From the NCBI GenBank assembly GCA_965203905.1, contig CBDBDQ010000005.1, positions 320,001 through 384,000 on the forward strand: a stretch of 64,000 nucleotides of DNA, in the 5' to 3' direction. Of the stretch, positions 10,257-20,368 are shown in pieces (position 1 is the stretch's first letter; every line of letters starts with the position of its first letter). This stretch comes from Spirochaetia bacterium. GTDB taxonomy: Bacteria; Spirochaetota; Spirochaetia; SZUA-6; Bin103. The notes under the pieces are model-generated. The model saw nothing but the letters and a program-made list of their open reading frames with translations. It ran no database searches and was not told the origin of the DNA. The position numbers were made by a program, and so were the translations under genes.

Positions 10257-11200
10257 CTATTCTGTCTCGTACGGGCCAAGAAAACGGTCACCGTCGAAGT
10301 GGATCAGGTGGGACGGAACTTCCGCTATCCATACTTCCGTAGCCCAGGCGATCTCGGCGAGATACCGGGCCATCGTGGCATGGCTGCGAAACGCGGTCAC
10401 ATAGATGATGCCGGCTGTGGCTCCCGCGAAGAGCTCGTTCAGCTCGGCGTACCGCTTAACGTCTACGGGTCCGTGACTCGTTACTGCCTCGACAACCACG
10501 AGCCATCCTCGCTCTGCATCGTGCAGCACCACATCCGGCATCTTTCCGTGAGAGTCTACTATCACACCTAAAGCAGCGAGCCGGTGGCTATCAAAGTAGA
10601 TCCACTTGTCGCCGGTGTCTCCGACATAATGAGCGTACTACCAGGGACGAATCGTGCCGCAAATTCTTCAATTATGTCGCGTATCAGCTCGCTGTGTTCA
10701 CCTGCACTCAAATCGATCCGTCGGTCCCCTTCGATGCGCACGGGAACCCGATGTCTGGCGCGCTCCCTGGCATACTCGGAGGCGAGTGCTCCGCTGCGTG
10801 CAAGGTAGTCTGTCAGATTCGAGCGCCAGGCATCCGTGCCGTAACTGCGCAACAGCCCCAACACCTCTTTGGTAACCTGATAGACGGTATGTGGGCTGTT
10901 TACCGGTCGATCAGGTTTGTCCGGATTGCGTTGCACAATCCCAGCCTGCACAAACTGGTGCATCGTTTCTCGGCGAAATGTCTCGCGAGTATTCGGCGCA
11001 TATTCCTTTCCGTAGTGTTCCCGGACCCAACTCATGATCGGAGTAACTCCCATGAGCGGATTCTTCGCCGACCTCCAATCAGCGTCAGGCAGCAGGTTGA
11101 GGAGCGCGAGTAAACAGAGCGCCGATCTCTCGTTGTGTTGCGCGCGCGGCAGGCCCAGCGACGCGAGGATGGAAACTGCTTGGTCGACCTTGCTTGCCAT
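10257..11200 (-). pseudogene. BsuBI/PstI-family type II restriction endonuclease, frameshifted near 10628
   Basis: YAPNTRETFRR and HGKMPDVV...EAVTSHGP halves in two frames; one extra T (ATT ATG to ATT TAT G) restores LIYVGDTGDKW. Confidence 0.85.
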
Positions 11201-11208
11201 CCTGCAAT

Positions 11209-12792
11209 CTACAGACTCTCAATCTGTTCATCGATCTCGTTCTGAGAGTGCTGCGCGCGCTGCATCGCCCACTTGCCCAAACCAATAAGAGCCTTCCAGC
11301 TCGGGTACTTCATCCTTCGCAAATCAGTGGCGTTAACCTGCGTGTGGCCGTTGAACCGGCGAAACTCCTCGTCCACGACGGTACTGTTGAGGTACACCGT
11401 CAGGCCGTGCGCAAGCGCATCTGGCAGCCCCTTCCGTCCGCCATGGAACACGTTCAGGTGATTCTCCAAGCCAACCAACTGAAAGCCGCGAAAGTCGCCT
11501 GGAGCGATCACGCTGGCCACGATCCTCCGGCGCTCTTCTTTGGAAGAAAAGCGCCTGACAACGCAATAGTATCCGTTCGGATAGAGCCATCTCCGGGTTT
11601 CGTCGTTGCAAAGGATCGCGTTCGGCTTCTTTCCATCATGCAGCGGCCAGTCAACATACCAACCCTTGACGTGGCCCGGGTACAGCAGCGGCACCGTATC
11701 CGCGCCCGGGGTATCGCGGAGATGATCCTTCAACCTGAAATCGACAACAGGACCAGTAGAAACAGAAATGCCAAGTTGATCCAACGTATACCGGTCAGCC
11801 GACTTGCTCCAGGCTGAGATCCCAGGTGAAGACGTGGGCACTTGAATGAAACGTTCCGGATCATCAGGAAGCACAATCTGTTCGAATGGCCAATCATGTG
11901 TGACGAGATCGCAAAAACTGTCGTCGCCGGAGGTTGTGATCGTCACACTTCGCTGATTCACCCCTCGACGCAACCTGATGATGACATTTTCCTGAAGCAC
12001 ATCGTCGTCTCTAAATGCTCTGTCACGAGAATTAAACAGATGTACGTGATCAAGACTCGCGCGGCTCAAGATATAGTCGCGAAATGGGCGGTAGTACGGT
12101 CCATTACAGAAACTGCGTGGTATAATGGCAACAAGCTGCCCCTGCGTTGCGTCAAGTAAAGACACGGCGAGCGCAACGAACGCCGAGTACATGTTCACAG
12201 TTTCGATTCCGACAGTCCGTAACGCCGTGCGGTATCCGGAGTCGCTGCGGATCTTTCGATACGGAGGATTGAGAATGGCGTGGGAATACTTGGGCAGCAC
12301 CTCGGCGAACATGTAGCGGCCCAGCGATTGCACCGCAGTGTATATGAAGTCATCTCCTCGGACGCTGGACTTGACCTGAAGGCCCTGCGCTTCAGAAAGA
12401 CGACGGTATTCATCGAGATTACCGATCAGGTCGCGATGCAGTTTTCCGTCGATCTCGAAGGCATCAACCGAAACCTCCGAGAATCCGAAATCGCGCACAA
12501 CACAGCGCTCCAGAAACGCTGCCGACAGGGAACCAATACCGGCCCCTGGATCAAGCAAACGGCATTGTCCGAGTTCGTTCGGCACGAACAGGCCGGCCAT
12601 GAACTGAGCCACGGAAGTCGGAGTAAAGAACTGTCCCAACTGCGACTTTCGGCGACGATCCGTAGCCTGTGACAGGGCAACGCGAGATTCTTCGATCCTG
12701 GTGAGCAAGCTGCCTTCTCCTGGTTCCCGAGGGGCGAGGCATCGGTTGTCACACGCGTGCAGGGCAACCGATCCCAGAGGCGAGTGTAACAC
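11209..12792 (-). CDS. N6-adenine DNA methyltransferase (Eco57I/BsuBI-PstI type); true start may be further downstream
   Basis: GQFFTP, LDPGAGIG (motif I), NPPY (motif IV), STGPVVDFR, FNGHTQVNATDL. Confidence 0.92.
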   Translation of the reverse strand: MLHSPLGSVALHACDNRCLAPREPGEGSLLTRIEESRVALSQATDRRRKSQLGQFFTPTSVAQFMAGLFVPNELGQCRLLDPGAGIGSLSAAFLERCVVRDFGFSEVSVDAFEIDGKLHRDLIGNLDEYRRLSEAQGLQVKSSVRGDDFIYTAVQSLGRYMFAEVLPKYSHAILNPPYRKIRSDSGYRTALRTVGIETVNMYSAFVALAVSLLDATQGQLVAIIPRSFCNGPYYRPFRDYILSRASLDHVHLFNSRDRAFRDDDVLQENVIIRLRRGVNQRSVTITTSGDDSFCDLVTHDWPFEQIVLPDDPERFIQVPTSSPGISAWSKSADRYTLDQLGISVSTGPVVDFRLKDHLRDTPGADTVPLLYPGHVKGWYVDWPLHDGKKPNAILCNDETRRWLYPNGYYCVVRRFSSKEERRRIVASVIAPGDFRGFQLVGLENHLNVFHGGRKGLPDALAHGLTVYLNSTVVDEEFRRFNGHTQVNATDLRRMKYPSWKALIGLGKWAMQRAQHSQNEIDEQIESL

Positions 12793-12845
12793 GCCTACGT
12801 GCTATCCGGGTCTGAGGCGGCACCCGTGCCGGCCGTCGGGAGTGT

Positions 12846-13241
12846 CTACGTGAGGTTGTGGGGGCCGAAGGAGGCGGGCAGCAGGTCGGCCAGGGTGAAG
12901 CGCTGCCTCAGGCCGTCGGGGCCGCATACCAGGATGGGGACGGTGTCGGCGGCGAACTCGCGGATCTTCTGGCGGCAGCCGCCGCACGGGGTGCACAACT
13001 GGTCACCGCCGCCGGCCACCGCGATCTCGGTGATGCGGCGCTCGCCGGCCATGACCATGGCCACAATGGCCGAGGCCTCGGCGCAGATCCCTTCCGGATA
13101 GGCGGCGTTCTCCACGTTGCAGCCGTGGTAGATCGCACCGCTCTCGCCGCGCACCGCGGCGCCGACGTGGAATCCGGAATAGGGGGCGTAGGCCGCCGCC
13201 CGCGCGGCGATGGCGGCGGCGATGGTGGAGTCGGTGCTCAC
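12846..13241 (-). CDS. cdd: Cytidine deaminase (homotetrameric type)
   Basis: AYAPYSGFHVGAA, NVENAAY, CAE, PCGGCRQ; GTG start overlaps lipA stop. Confidence 0.92.
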   Translation of the reverse strand: MSTDSTIAAAIAARAAAYAPYSGFHVGAAVRGESGAIYHGCNVENAAYPEGICAEASAIVAMVMAGERRITEIAVAGGGDQLCTPCGGCRQKIREFAADTVPILVCGPDGLRQRFTLADLLPASFGPHNLT

Positions 13242-14149
13242 TCGCTGTGCGCCGCCAGCTCGGAGAACTGGTCGCCGGCGTGATAGGAGGAGCGCACGAA
13301 GGGGCCGGCCTCGCAGTGCATGAAGCCCATGGCGCGGGCCGCCTTGCGCAGCTCGGCGAACTCGTCGGGGTGCCAGTAGCGGACCACCGACTGCTGGTGC
13401 GTGGTGGGCTGCAGGTACTGGCCGACGTTGACGATCTGGACCCCGGCGGCGCGCAGGTCGCGCATGGTGGCCAGCACCTCGTCCCCCGTCTCGCCGAGCC
13501 CTACCATGAGGCTGGACTTGATGAGCAGCTCGGGGCCCAGGGTGCGGGCCGTCTCCAGGAACGCCAGCGAGCGCTCGTAGGTGGAGTTGGAGCGTACCAG
13601 GCGGGTCAGGCGCGCCACGGTCTCGACGTTGTGGGAGAGCACCTCGGGAGCGGCCGCCACCACCGCGGAGATCGCCTCGCGGGAACCGCCCAGGTCGGAG
13701 GTAAGCAGTTCCACGCTGCAACGCGAGACCGCCCGGATCGCCGCTACCGTGGCGGCGCACACCGCGGCCCCGCCGTCGCCCAGGTCGTCGCGGGTCACCA
13801 TGGTAACCACCACGTGGCGCAGTTGCATCTTGACCACGGCCTCGGCCACCCGCTCCGGTTCGGCCAGGTCCAGCTCGGTGGGCAGCCCGGTATCCACCGA
13901 GCAGAAGCGGCAGCGACGGGTGCAGACGCTGCCCAGGATCATGAAGGTGGCGGTGCGGTGCACGCCCCAGCACTCGTGGATGTTGGGGCAGCGCGCCTCC
14001 TCGCACACGGTGGTGAGCCGGTTGGCGCGCATCAGGCGGCGCACCTCGCCGAACGCCTCGCTGGCCACCGGCCGGGTGCGCAGCCAGGGCGGTTTCCGCC
14101 GATAGGTGGTGGGCACTGGATTCGAGGCCGGCACGGCGGCCGGAGGCAC
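13238..14149 (-). CDS. lipA: Lipoyl synthase (start uncertain)
   Basis: KPPWL, CEEARCPNIHEC, CTRRCRFC radical-SAM motif, RSSY. Confidence 0.95.
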   Translation of the reverse strand: MPPAAVPASNPVPTTYRRKPPWLRTRPVASEAFGEVRRLMRANRLTTVCEEARCPNIHECWGVHRTATFMILGSVCTRRCRFCSVDTGLPTELDLAEPERVAEAVVKMQLRHVVVTMVTRDDLGDGGAAVCAATVAAIRAVSRCSVELLTSDLGGSREAISAVVAAAPEVLSHNVETVARLTRLVRSNSTYERSLAFLETARTLGPELLIKSSLMVGLGETGDEVLATMRDLRAAGVQIVNVGQYLQPTTHQQSVVRYWHPDEFAELRKAARAMGFMHCEAGPFVRSSYHAGDQFSELAAHSE

Positions 14150-14220
14150 GGATGTCGAGCTTGTCGTTAGCGCTGCGATGACGAACCGCCTTATTTCGTC
14201 CTCCGGCTCTGGACCAGAGG

Positions 14221-15285
14221 ATGGTAACAAACGTAGATTGCGGGGCCGTGCAAGTCAATTCGCCGCCTCACGCCACCCGCGCCAGTTTCTGGGACACGCT
14301 GCCGCGCCCGATGCTGCTGCTGGCGCCGATGGCCAACGTCACCGACACCGCGTTCCGCCAGATCATTGCACGCTGCGGGCGCCCCGACCTGATGATGACC
14401 GAGTTCACCTCCTGCGAGGGGCTGTGCTCACGCGGTCGCGACCGGCTGCTGGCCGAGCTCACCTTCCATCCCAGCGAGCGCCCGCTGGTGGTTCAGTTCT
14501 TCGGGCCGCGGCCGGAGACCTTTTACCAGTGCGCCCAGCTCGCGCGCCGCCTCGGCTTCGACGGCATCGACATCAACACCGGCTGCCCCGACCGCCGGGT
14601 GCTGAAGCAGGGCGCCGGGGCGGCCCTGATCGGCGACCCCGGCCGCATGCGCGAGATCTACGCCGCCACCCGCGACGGCGCCGGCGGCCTGCCGGTGTCG
14701 ATCAAGACCCGGCTCGGCATCGAACACGACATCCTCGAGGAGTGGCTGGGCGTGCTGCTGGAGCTGCGCCCCGCCGCCATCACCCTGCACGCGCGTACCG
14801 TGCGCGAGCTGTCCAACACCGCCGCCCACTGGGACGCGGTGGCGCGGGCGGTCGCCCTGGCGCGCGGCAGCGGCGTCCCCATCATCGGCAACGGCGACGC
14901 GCGCGACCCGGCCCACGCCCGCGAGTTGGCCGCGGAGACCGGCGCCGACGGCGTGATGCTGGGCCGCGCCATCTTCGGCAACCCGTGGCTGTTCCACCCC
15001 ACGGTCAGCAAGCAGCAGCTGGGCCTCGACGCGGTGCTGGAGGTGATGCTGGAGCACGCCGCGCTGTTCGAGCGGCTGCTGGGCGAGGTGCGCCCGTTCG
15101 TCGAGATGCGGCGCCACTTCAAGGCCTACCTCAACGGGTTCCACGGCACCAAGCGGTTGCGCGTGGCGCTGATGGAGACTACCGACCTGGCTCATGCGCG
15201 GGCGGTGGTAGAAGAGTTCCGGGCGCGTGCGGCGCCACGGCCCGCAGCCCCCGCCGCGGAGCTTGCCGCCGTCGGCACGCACTGA
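14221..15285 (+). CDS. tRNA-dihydrouridine synthase (Dus family; start uncertain)
   Basis: LAPMANVTD, DINTGCP, SIKTRLG, HART, GNGD, GVMLGR. Confidence 0.92.
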   Translation: MVTNVDCGAVQVNSPPHATRASFWDTLPRPMLLLAPMANVTDTAFRQIIARCGRPDLMMTEFTSCEGLCSRGRDRLLAELTFHPSERPLVVQFFGPRPETFYQCAQLARRLGFDGIDINTGCPDRRVLKQGAGAALIGDPGRMREIYAATRDGAGGLPVSIKTRLGIEHDILEEWLGVLLELRPAAITLHARTVRELSNTAAHWDAVARAVALARGSGVPIIGNGDARDPAHARELAAETGADGVMLGRAIFGNPWLFHPTVSKQQLGLDAVLEVMLEHAALFERLLGEVRPFVEMRRHFKAYLNGFHGTKRLRVALMETTDLAHARAVVEEFRARAAPRPAAPAAELAAVGTH

Positions 15286-15349
15286 CGGCGGCGCTACCGG
15301 CCCTGGCGCGAAGGTTGCTCACGCCAGGGCACCCGACTACGTTGCCGGC

Positions 15350-16429
15350 ATGAACCCCGTTCACCCGGTCTCGCTCCCGGAACCCTGGCGTCGACAGCCG
15401 TTCGTGGCCGCGCGCGAGGCGAGTTGGTCGCGTGACGGCTACAACCGCGACTGGCGTTTGATACCGGCGGCCGAGGAGCTCACGCTGGCCGACATCCGCG
15501 GCTGCGGCTGCGTAACCCGCCTGTGGTTCGCTCTCGACAACGGTAGCAGAATACCGCCGGGCCAGCGGCTGTGCGTCGCCGATCCGCTGCTGCTGCGCAA
15601 GACGGTGCTGCTGGTGTACTGGGACGGCGCCGGTCATCCCAGCGTGGAGGTACCGGTGGGGGACTTCTTCGGCATGGGCAGCGGCGAGGTGCGCAGCTAC
15701 AGCAGCGCGCTGATCGAGGTAAGCGCCCACCCCGGGGCCGGCCGCGGCTCCTTCACCTCCTGGATCAGGATGCCGTTCTTCGAGCGTGCCCGCTTCGTGC
15801 TGCGCAACGACGGTGAGCTGCCGGTGCGCGCCTTCTGGCACGTAGACTACCAGCGCTGGGAGCGCCTGCCGGCGGATACCTGCCACTTCCACGCGAGCTG
15901 GCGCTGCGAGATGCCCTGCGCGGCGACCCCACTGGAGGCCGACGGCAGCGAGGGCGCCAACCTCACCGGCGAGCGCAACTACGTGATCCTCGACGCCACC
16001 GGCGAAGGCACCTACTACGGCTGCCACCTGACCGTGGACAACCACGCCGGCGGCTGGTGGGGTGAGGGCGACGACATGGTGTTCGTCGACGGCAAGCCGT
16101 TCCCCGGCTCCCTGCACGGCACCGGCCAGGAGGAGTACTTCGGCCAGGGGTGGGGCATGCAGGACGTGCAATATCCCTACTTCGGAACGCCGCTGTTCAA
16201 CCACGGCCACCGCAACTGGGAAGGACGCTGGTCGATGTATCGCTTTCACGTGCTCGACCCGATCCCGTTCCGCAGCAGCATCCGCGTGACCCTGGAGCAC
16301 GGCCACAACAACCACCGCGGCGACGACTATTCGTCGACCGCATTCTGGTACCAGAACGGGCCATGTGCGGTGCCGTCGCTGCCGGACGTGGCGCGGCGCC
16401 TGCCGCGTGACGCCGGCGACGGAGCGTGA
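15350..16429 (+). CDS. DUF2961 / GH172-like glycoside hydrolase
   Basis: YWDG...PSVEVPVGDFFG, MPF, WWGEGDDM, HGTGQEEYF, YRFHVLDPI, EHGH, SSTAFWYQ. Confidence 0.88.
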   Translation: MNPVHPVSLPEPWRRQPFVAAREASWSRDGYNRDWRLIPAAEELTLADIRGCGCVTRLWFALDNGSRIPPGQRLCVADPLLLRKTVLLVYWDGAGHPSVEVPVGDFFGMGSGEVRSYSSALIEVSAHPGAGRGSFTSWIRMPFFERARFVLRNDGELPVRAFWHVDYQRWERLPADTCHFHASWRCEMPCAATPLEADGSEGANLTGERNYVILDATGEGTYYGCHLTVDNHAGGWWGEGDDMVFVDGKPFPGSLHGTGQEEYFGQGWGMQDVQYPYFGTPLFNHGHRNWEGRWSMYRFHVLDPIPFRSSIRVTLEHGHNNHRGDDYSSTAFWYQNGPCAVPSLPDVARRLPRDAGDGA

Positions 16430-16469
16430 GGCCGTCCCACGCGCGCCCCGAACGAGTAGGATAACAGCG

Positions 16470-17180
16470 ATGTATGACCTCACTGAAAAAATCGCGGTGG
16501 TTACCGGCGCCAGCCGCGGCATCGGCCTGCACATCGCCCGCGCGTTCGCGGCAGCGGGAGCGCGGGTGGTGGTCACCGGCCGGTCGCGGGCGCGCCTGGA
16601 GCCGGCGCTGGCCACCATCGACGGAGAGTGTCTGCCGGTGGTGTGCGACCAGGCCGACCCGCGCGCCATCGAAGCGCTTGCGGACACGGTGCAGGAGACC
16701 TGGGGAGCGCCGGACATCCTGGTGAACAATGCCGGCGGCGGGGGCGGGGGTCCGGTACCGACCATGTCCCTGGAGGCGTGGCAGCAGGTGATCGCCACCA
16801 ACCTGACCGGGGTGTTCTACACCACGCGCCGCTTCCTGCCCGGCATGCTGCAAAAGGAGCGGGGCGACATCTTCATCATCAGCTCCATGAACGGCAAGAG
16901 GGCCGACCCCGGCACCGCCGCCTACTCGGCCAGCAAGTTCGGCCTGCACGGCTTCGCCCAGGCGCTGTTGTACGACGTGCGCCGCTCCAACATCCGGGTG
17001 ATGGTGATCAACCCGAGCCAGACCGACACCGGCGAGGACACCAGCCCTCCGCACGGCCCCGGCATCCATATGCACGCCGCCGACATCGCCGCCACCATCG
17101 TCCACCTCGCACGCCTCCCCGGCCGCACCCTGGTCCGCGACCTCGATGTCTGGGGCACCAACCCCTTCCCTCGTGGGTAA
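16470..17180 (+). CDS. Short-chain dehydrogenase/reductase
   Basis: TGASRGIG, NNAG, YSASK. Confidence 0.92.
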   Translation: MYDLTEKIAVVTGASRGIGLHIARAFAAAGARVVVTGRSRARLEPALATIDGECLPVVCDQADPRAIEALADTVQETWGAPDILVNNAGGGGGGPVPTMSLEAWQQVIATNLTGVFYTTRRFLPGMLQKERGDIFIISSMNGKRADPGTAAYSASKFGLHGFAQALLYDVRRSNIRVMVINPSQTDTGEDTSPPHGPGIHMHAADIAATIVHLARLPGRTLVRDLDVWGTNPFPRG

Positions 17181-17260
17181 ACCAAAGCCCGATATGAGAC
17201 AACCGCGCGACTTGAGGAGCACAACGGATGTTGAAGGCGTTATCTTACCAAGTTCGAGGC

Positions 17261-17965
17261 ATGGCGAAGACTGATGCTGAGTCCACAGTGAGCGCGACTT
17301 TCACTGTCGCCTCCCGAATTTGGAAGTACCCGCGAACGCCGTACTGGCCATACTCGCCAGCGCAATCCCGAGATGCAGGCGTTGTTGCCGATCCTGAGCG
17401 GTTCGTGGCGCGGGCGGTGGTGGTTGCCGAGAAGCTGGACGGCAGCAACACGCTGTTGCATCGAGGTGAGGTGTACGCGCGCAGCGTGTCCGCTCCGGCG
17501 ACGGCGAAGTGGCTGGCGATGGTCAGAAAGCATCATGCGTGGAAGGTCACCGAACCGGAGACGTTTCTCTACGGCGAGGAAATCTACGGCGTGCACAGCA
17601 TCGAGTACGATCCGGTGCCGGAGGACAGGACATTCTATGCGTTCGCGCTACGTTTCGCCGATGGATCGTTCGGTTCCTTTCGAGAGATGGTGGAGTATGC
17701 GCGGGCGCGCTCCATACCGGTGGTGCCGGTGCTGTTCGAGGGAACGTTCGGCTCGGTGCAGGAAGTTCGCGACTTCTTCCGCACGGCCCACGCCGAGCCG
17801 TCGGCTCTGGGAGGAGCACGGGAGGGAGTCGTGATCCGCCTTGCGGAGGGATTCCCGGCTGCCGACTTCGAGCGCAACGTGTGCAAGAGCGTTCGCGAGG
17901 GTCATGTGCAGTCCGACGAGCATTGGTCGAAGCGGTGGCGCCCGTGCCGCATCGCGCGACGGTAA
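17261..17965 (+). CDS. RNA ligase family (Rnl2-like nucleotidyltransferase)
   Basis: KYPRTP, EKLDGSN (adenylated Lys motif I), YGE, EGVVIR, K..R..HVQSDEHW. Confidence 0.85.
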   Translation: MAKTDAESTVSATFTVASRIWKYPRTPYWPYSPAQSRDAGVVADPERFVARAVVVAEKLDGSNTLLHRGEVYARSVSAPATAKWLAMVRKHHAWKVTEPETFLYGEEIYGVHSIEYDPVPEDRTFYAFALRFADGSFGSFREMVEYARARSIPVVPVLFEGTFGSVQEVRDFFRTAHAEPSALGGAREGVVIRLAEGFPAADFERNVCKSVREGHVQSDEHWSKRWRPCRIARR

Positions 17966-17978
17966 GCGCGGCCACCTG

Positions 17979-18518
17979 TCAGTGGCTCGGGATGCCCGCG
18001 GAGGCGAGCGCGGCGCACCACTCGGCGAGCGCCTGCGCGCGGGAGGCGGGCGTGTTCCAGTGCAGCGGGCGCGGGCTGGTGGACGGCAGCTCCACGGTGG
18101 CGGCATCCAGGGCGGAGAAGTGCAGCCGCCACTCGCGGGCGCGGCGGCCGTTGAGCAGGATCGGGAACGGCCCGCGCTCGGCCAGCAGCGCGCCGACCCG
18201 GTTGGGCGTAGCGTCGCTGATGCGGTCGTCGCCGGAGCCGGGGCGCCGCACCCGGGCGTAGAGGTCCCACACCGCCAACCCGGTGCGATGCAGCGCGGCT
18301 ATCCGTTCCGGGTACGGGACGGCGGGATCCTCGATCACGCCGCAGTGGCAGAGCATGCGCCAGAACCAGTTGTGCGGGTTGCCGTAGTACTGCTTCGACT
18401 CCAGAGACATGACGCTCGGGAACGAGCCGAGCACCAGTGCGCGCACCGGACCGGCGGGCAGGATCGGCGGCAACCCCGCGAGCAGCGGCGCCCGCTCCTG
18501 GTCAGAGTGCGCCCTCAC
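17979..18518 (-). CDS. UDG-superfamily DNA-deoxyinosine glycosylase-like protein (start uncertain)
   Basis: LVLGSFPS..SL...QYYGNPHNWFW, LWD, NG, LPSTSP. Confidence 0.85.
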   Translation of the reverse strand: MRAHSDQERAPLLAGLPPILPAGPVRALVLGSFPSVMSLESKQYYGNPHNWFWRMLCHCGVIEDPAVPYPERIAALHRTGLAVWDLYARVRRPGSGDDRISDATPNRVGALLAERGPFPILLNGRRAREWRLHFSALDAATVELPSTSPRPLHWNTPASRAQALAEWCAALASAGIPSH

Positions 18519-18619
18519 GTTGCTGATGACCACCAACCCGCCGTCCGCTCCTGGTAAGAATGCGCGTTCATGTGCCGGATAGCGGCGACCGCGTGGCCCA
18601 CGCGAAGCGCCGATGCGGG

Positions 18620-19729
18620 TCAGATGCCGAGGTCGCAGAGTTCGTAGTCGCGCAACACCTCGGCGCGGGTGGCGGCGTCGCTCCAACGGTTGGCGTCGGC
18701 CTCGGCTGCCAGCGGCTGGTAGGCGAAGCGCGGCTCGTCGGGATAGCGCTGCCGGCGCGCGTCGATGGCCAGCGCGATCACCCGGGCGCGGCGATGGATG
18801 CGCGCGTCGTCGTAGGGCTCCGGTGCCTCGGCGAGCACGCCGGCGACGCTGGCGCGGCGGTGGAAGCCGAAGGTCAGTGACACCCGGCGGCGGTCGGAGC
18901 GGTTGGCGAATGCGCCGTGCAGGATCTGGCGGTTGACCAGGGCGACGTCGCCGGGACGGCACACCATCGGCACCGCGCCCGGCAGGCGGTCGGAGCCGCC
19001 GTTGGCGGCGACCCAGGCCTTGATGTCGATCTTGCCCCGGCAGTGGGAGGCAGGGATCAGCCACAGGCCGTTCTCGGGGGTGGTGGGATAGAGCTGGGCC
19101 ATGAAGTTGAAGCCGTGGGTGCCGGCGTCGAGCGCCGGGTCGTCCCAGTGGGTGGTGCCGTCCTGGTGCCAGGCGGTGGACGGCCCCAGCCCCGCCTCCT
19201 TGACCCAAATCCCCTCGCGGAAGGGCACGAAGTCGGGACCGTTGAGCTGCTCGGCTACCGCCAGCAGCCGCGGGTGGCCGTACAGCCGCAGGAAGCTGTC
19301 CATGAACTGCAGGGGGCCGATCATGCTGACCAGCACCTCGGCCGGGGCATCGGCGGGTGCGTCGTACTCGGTCATCCTGGCCTGGTAGCGGCCGCGTGAG
19401 GCGCCGGTGCCGCCGTACGGATCGCTCAGCGGCCGGCCGAACTTGAAGCGGTTGCTCCCGCGCGGGCCGGGCGACAGTGCCGGACGCCCCGCGACGTCGG
19501 TCGTGGCCGTACCTGACGTGGGCATCCGCTCCATCATGCGATCGAAGTCGGCGACCAGGTCGGCGGTCTCCTCCGGGTCGATCAGGTCCACGAAGATGTA
19601 GAACCCGGTGCGCCAGTAGGCGCTGGCGATGTGCGGCGCAAGCTCTCCCCGCGCCGTGAACTCCAGCGGGCCGCGATTGCCCAGTGCGGCTGCCCGCCGC
19701 ACCCCGTCCGCGAGATATGCGTCACCCAT
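18620..19729 (-). CDS. PhyH-family Fe(II)/2OG dioxygenase
   Basis: WHQDG, LHGAFAN, RRVS. Confidence 0.87.
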   Translation of the reverse strand: MGDAYLADGVRRAAALGNRGPLEFTARGELAPHIASAYWRTGFYIFVDLIDPEETADLVADFDRMMERMPTSGTATTDVAGRPALSPGPRGSNRFKFGRPLSDPYGGTGASRGRYQARMTEYDAPADAPAEVLVSMIGPLQFMDSFLRLYGHPRLLAVAEQLNGPDFVPFREGIWVKEAGLGPSTAWHQDGTTHWDDPALDAGTHGFNFMAQLYPTTPENGLWLIPASHCRGKIDIKAWVAANGGSDRLPGAVPMVCRPGDVALVNRQILHGAFANRSDRRRVSLTFGFHRRASVAGVLAEAPEPYDDARIHRRARVIALAIDARRQRYPDEPRFAYQPLAAEADANRWSDAATRAEVLRDYELCDLGI

Positions 19730-19852
19730 GGTGCTCACATCATAGCAGCTTGCGGCGGGCGGGGCCGCACACGTCGCCGGCGCAACGGCGCAACCCCGCA
19801 CCCGGTCAATCGCCGGCCTGCCGGCGGCGGCAGGCCAGGAGTGGCAGCAAGG

Positions 19853-20200
19853 TCAGTAGGTCAGCCGGCCCTGGCGGAACTCCGACACGATCGGCGCCCT
19901 CTGCAACTCGGCGATGATGTCGTCGCCGCCGGCCTTGCGCCACTCGGCAACGTAGGCATCCCAATCCGCGGCGGCGTCGAGGTCGCCGGTGATCGCCTTG
20001 AAGAAGAACTCGTTGAACAGCGTCTCCAGCGTGGCGCCCACGCGCGCCCGCACGTCCGCCAGACCGGTCTCGTTGAGGATGTCCCAGCGGTGGGGGCGCA
20101 AGGTGTACTGCTGGCCCGGATCGGCAAGCACCCAGTCGCGGTAGAAATCGGCCACCACGCGCGGCAGGAAGAACTTGGTGCGGTCCGCGGTCAGATACAC
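19853..20200 (-). pseudogene. C-terminal remnant of a carbohydrate ABC solute-binding protein
   Basis: FFKAITGDLD...WDAYVAEWRKAGGDDIIAE matches the C-termini of SBPs at 35331 and 39190; no signal peptide or N-terminal domain. Confidence 0.7.
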
Positions 20201-20316
20201 CGGGTTAGAACCTGACCAACCCGACCGTCAACCGCACGCGCGCGCCATGCGCGCCATCCGTGACCGGAGCCAACGATACGGCCAGCCTGCCGGCGCTCCA
20301 CCCGTAGCGGCGGGAG

Positions 20317-20338
20317 TTGACAGGCGGAAACGGTTGCA
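20317..20338 (+). promoter_or_regulatory. TTGACA -35 plus LacI-type operator-like palindrome
   Basis: TTGACA at 20317 followed by CGGAAACGGTTGCA, similar to TGNAANCGNTTNCA. Confidence 0.4.
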
Positions 20339-20368
20339 TTCAGCGTGGTGGCGGACGCAGGAGGGATC

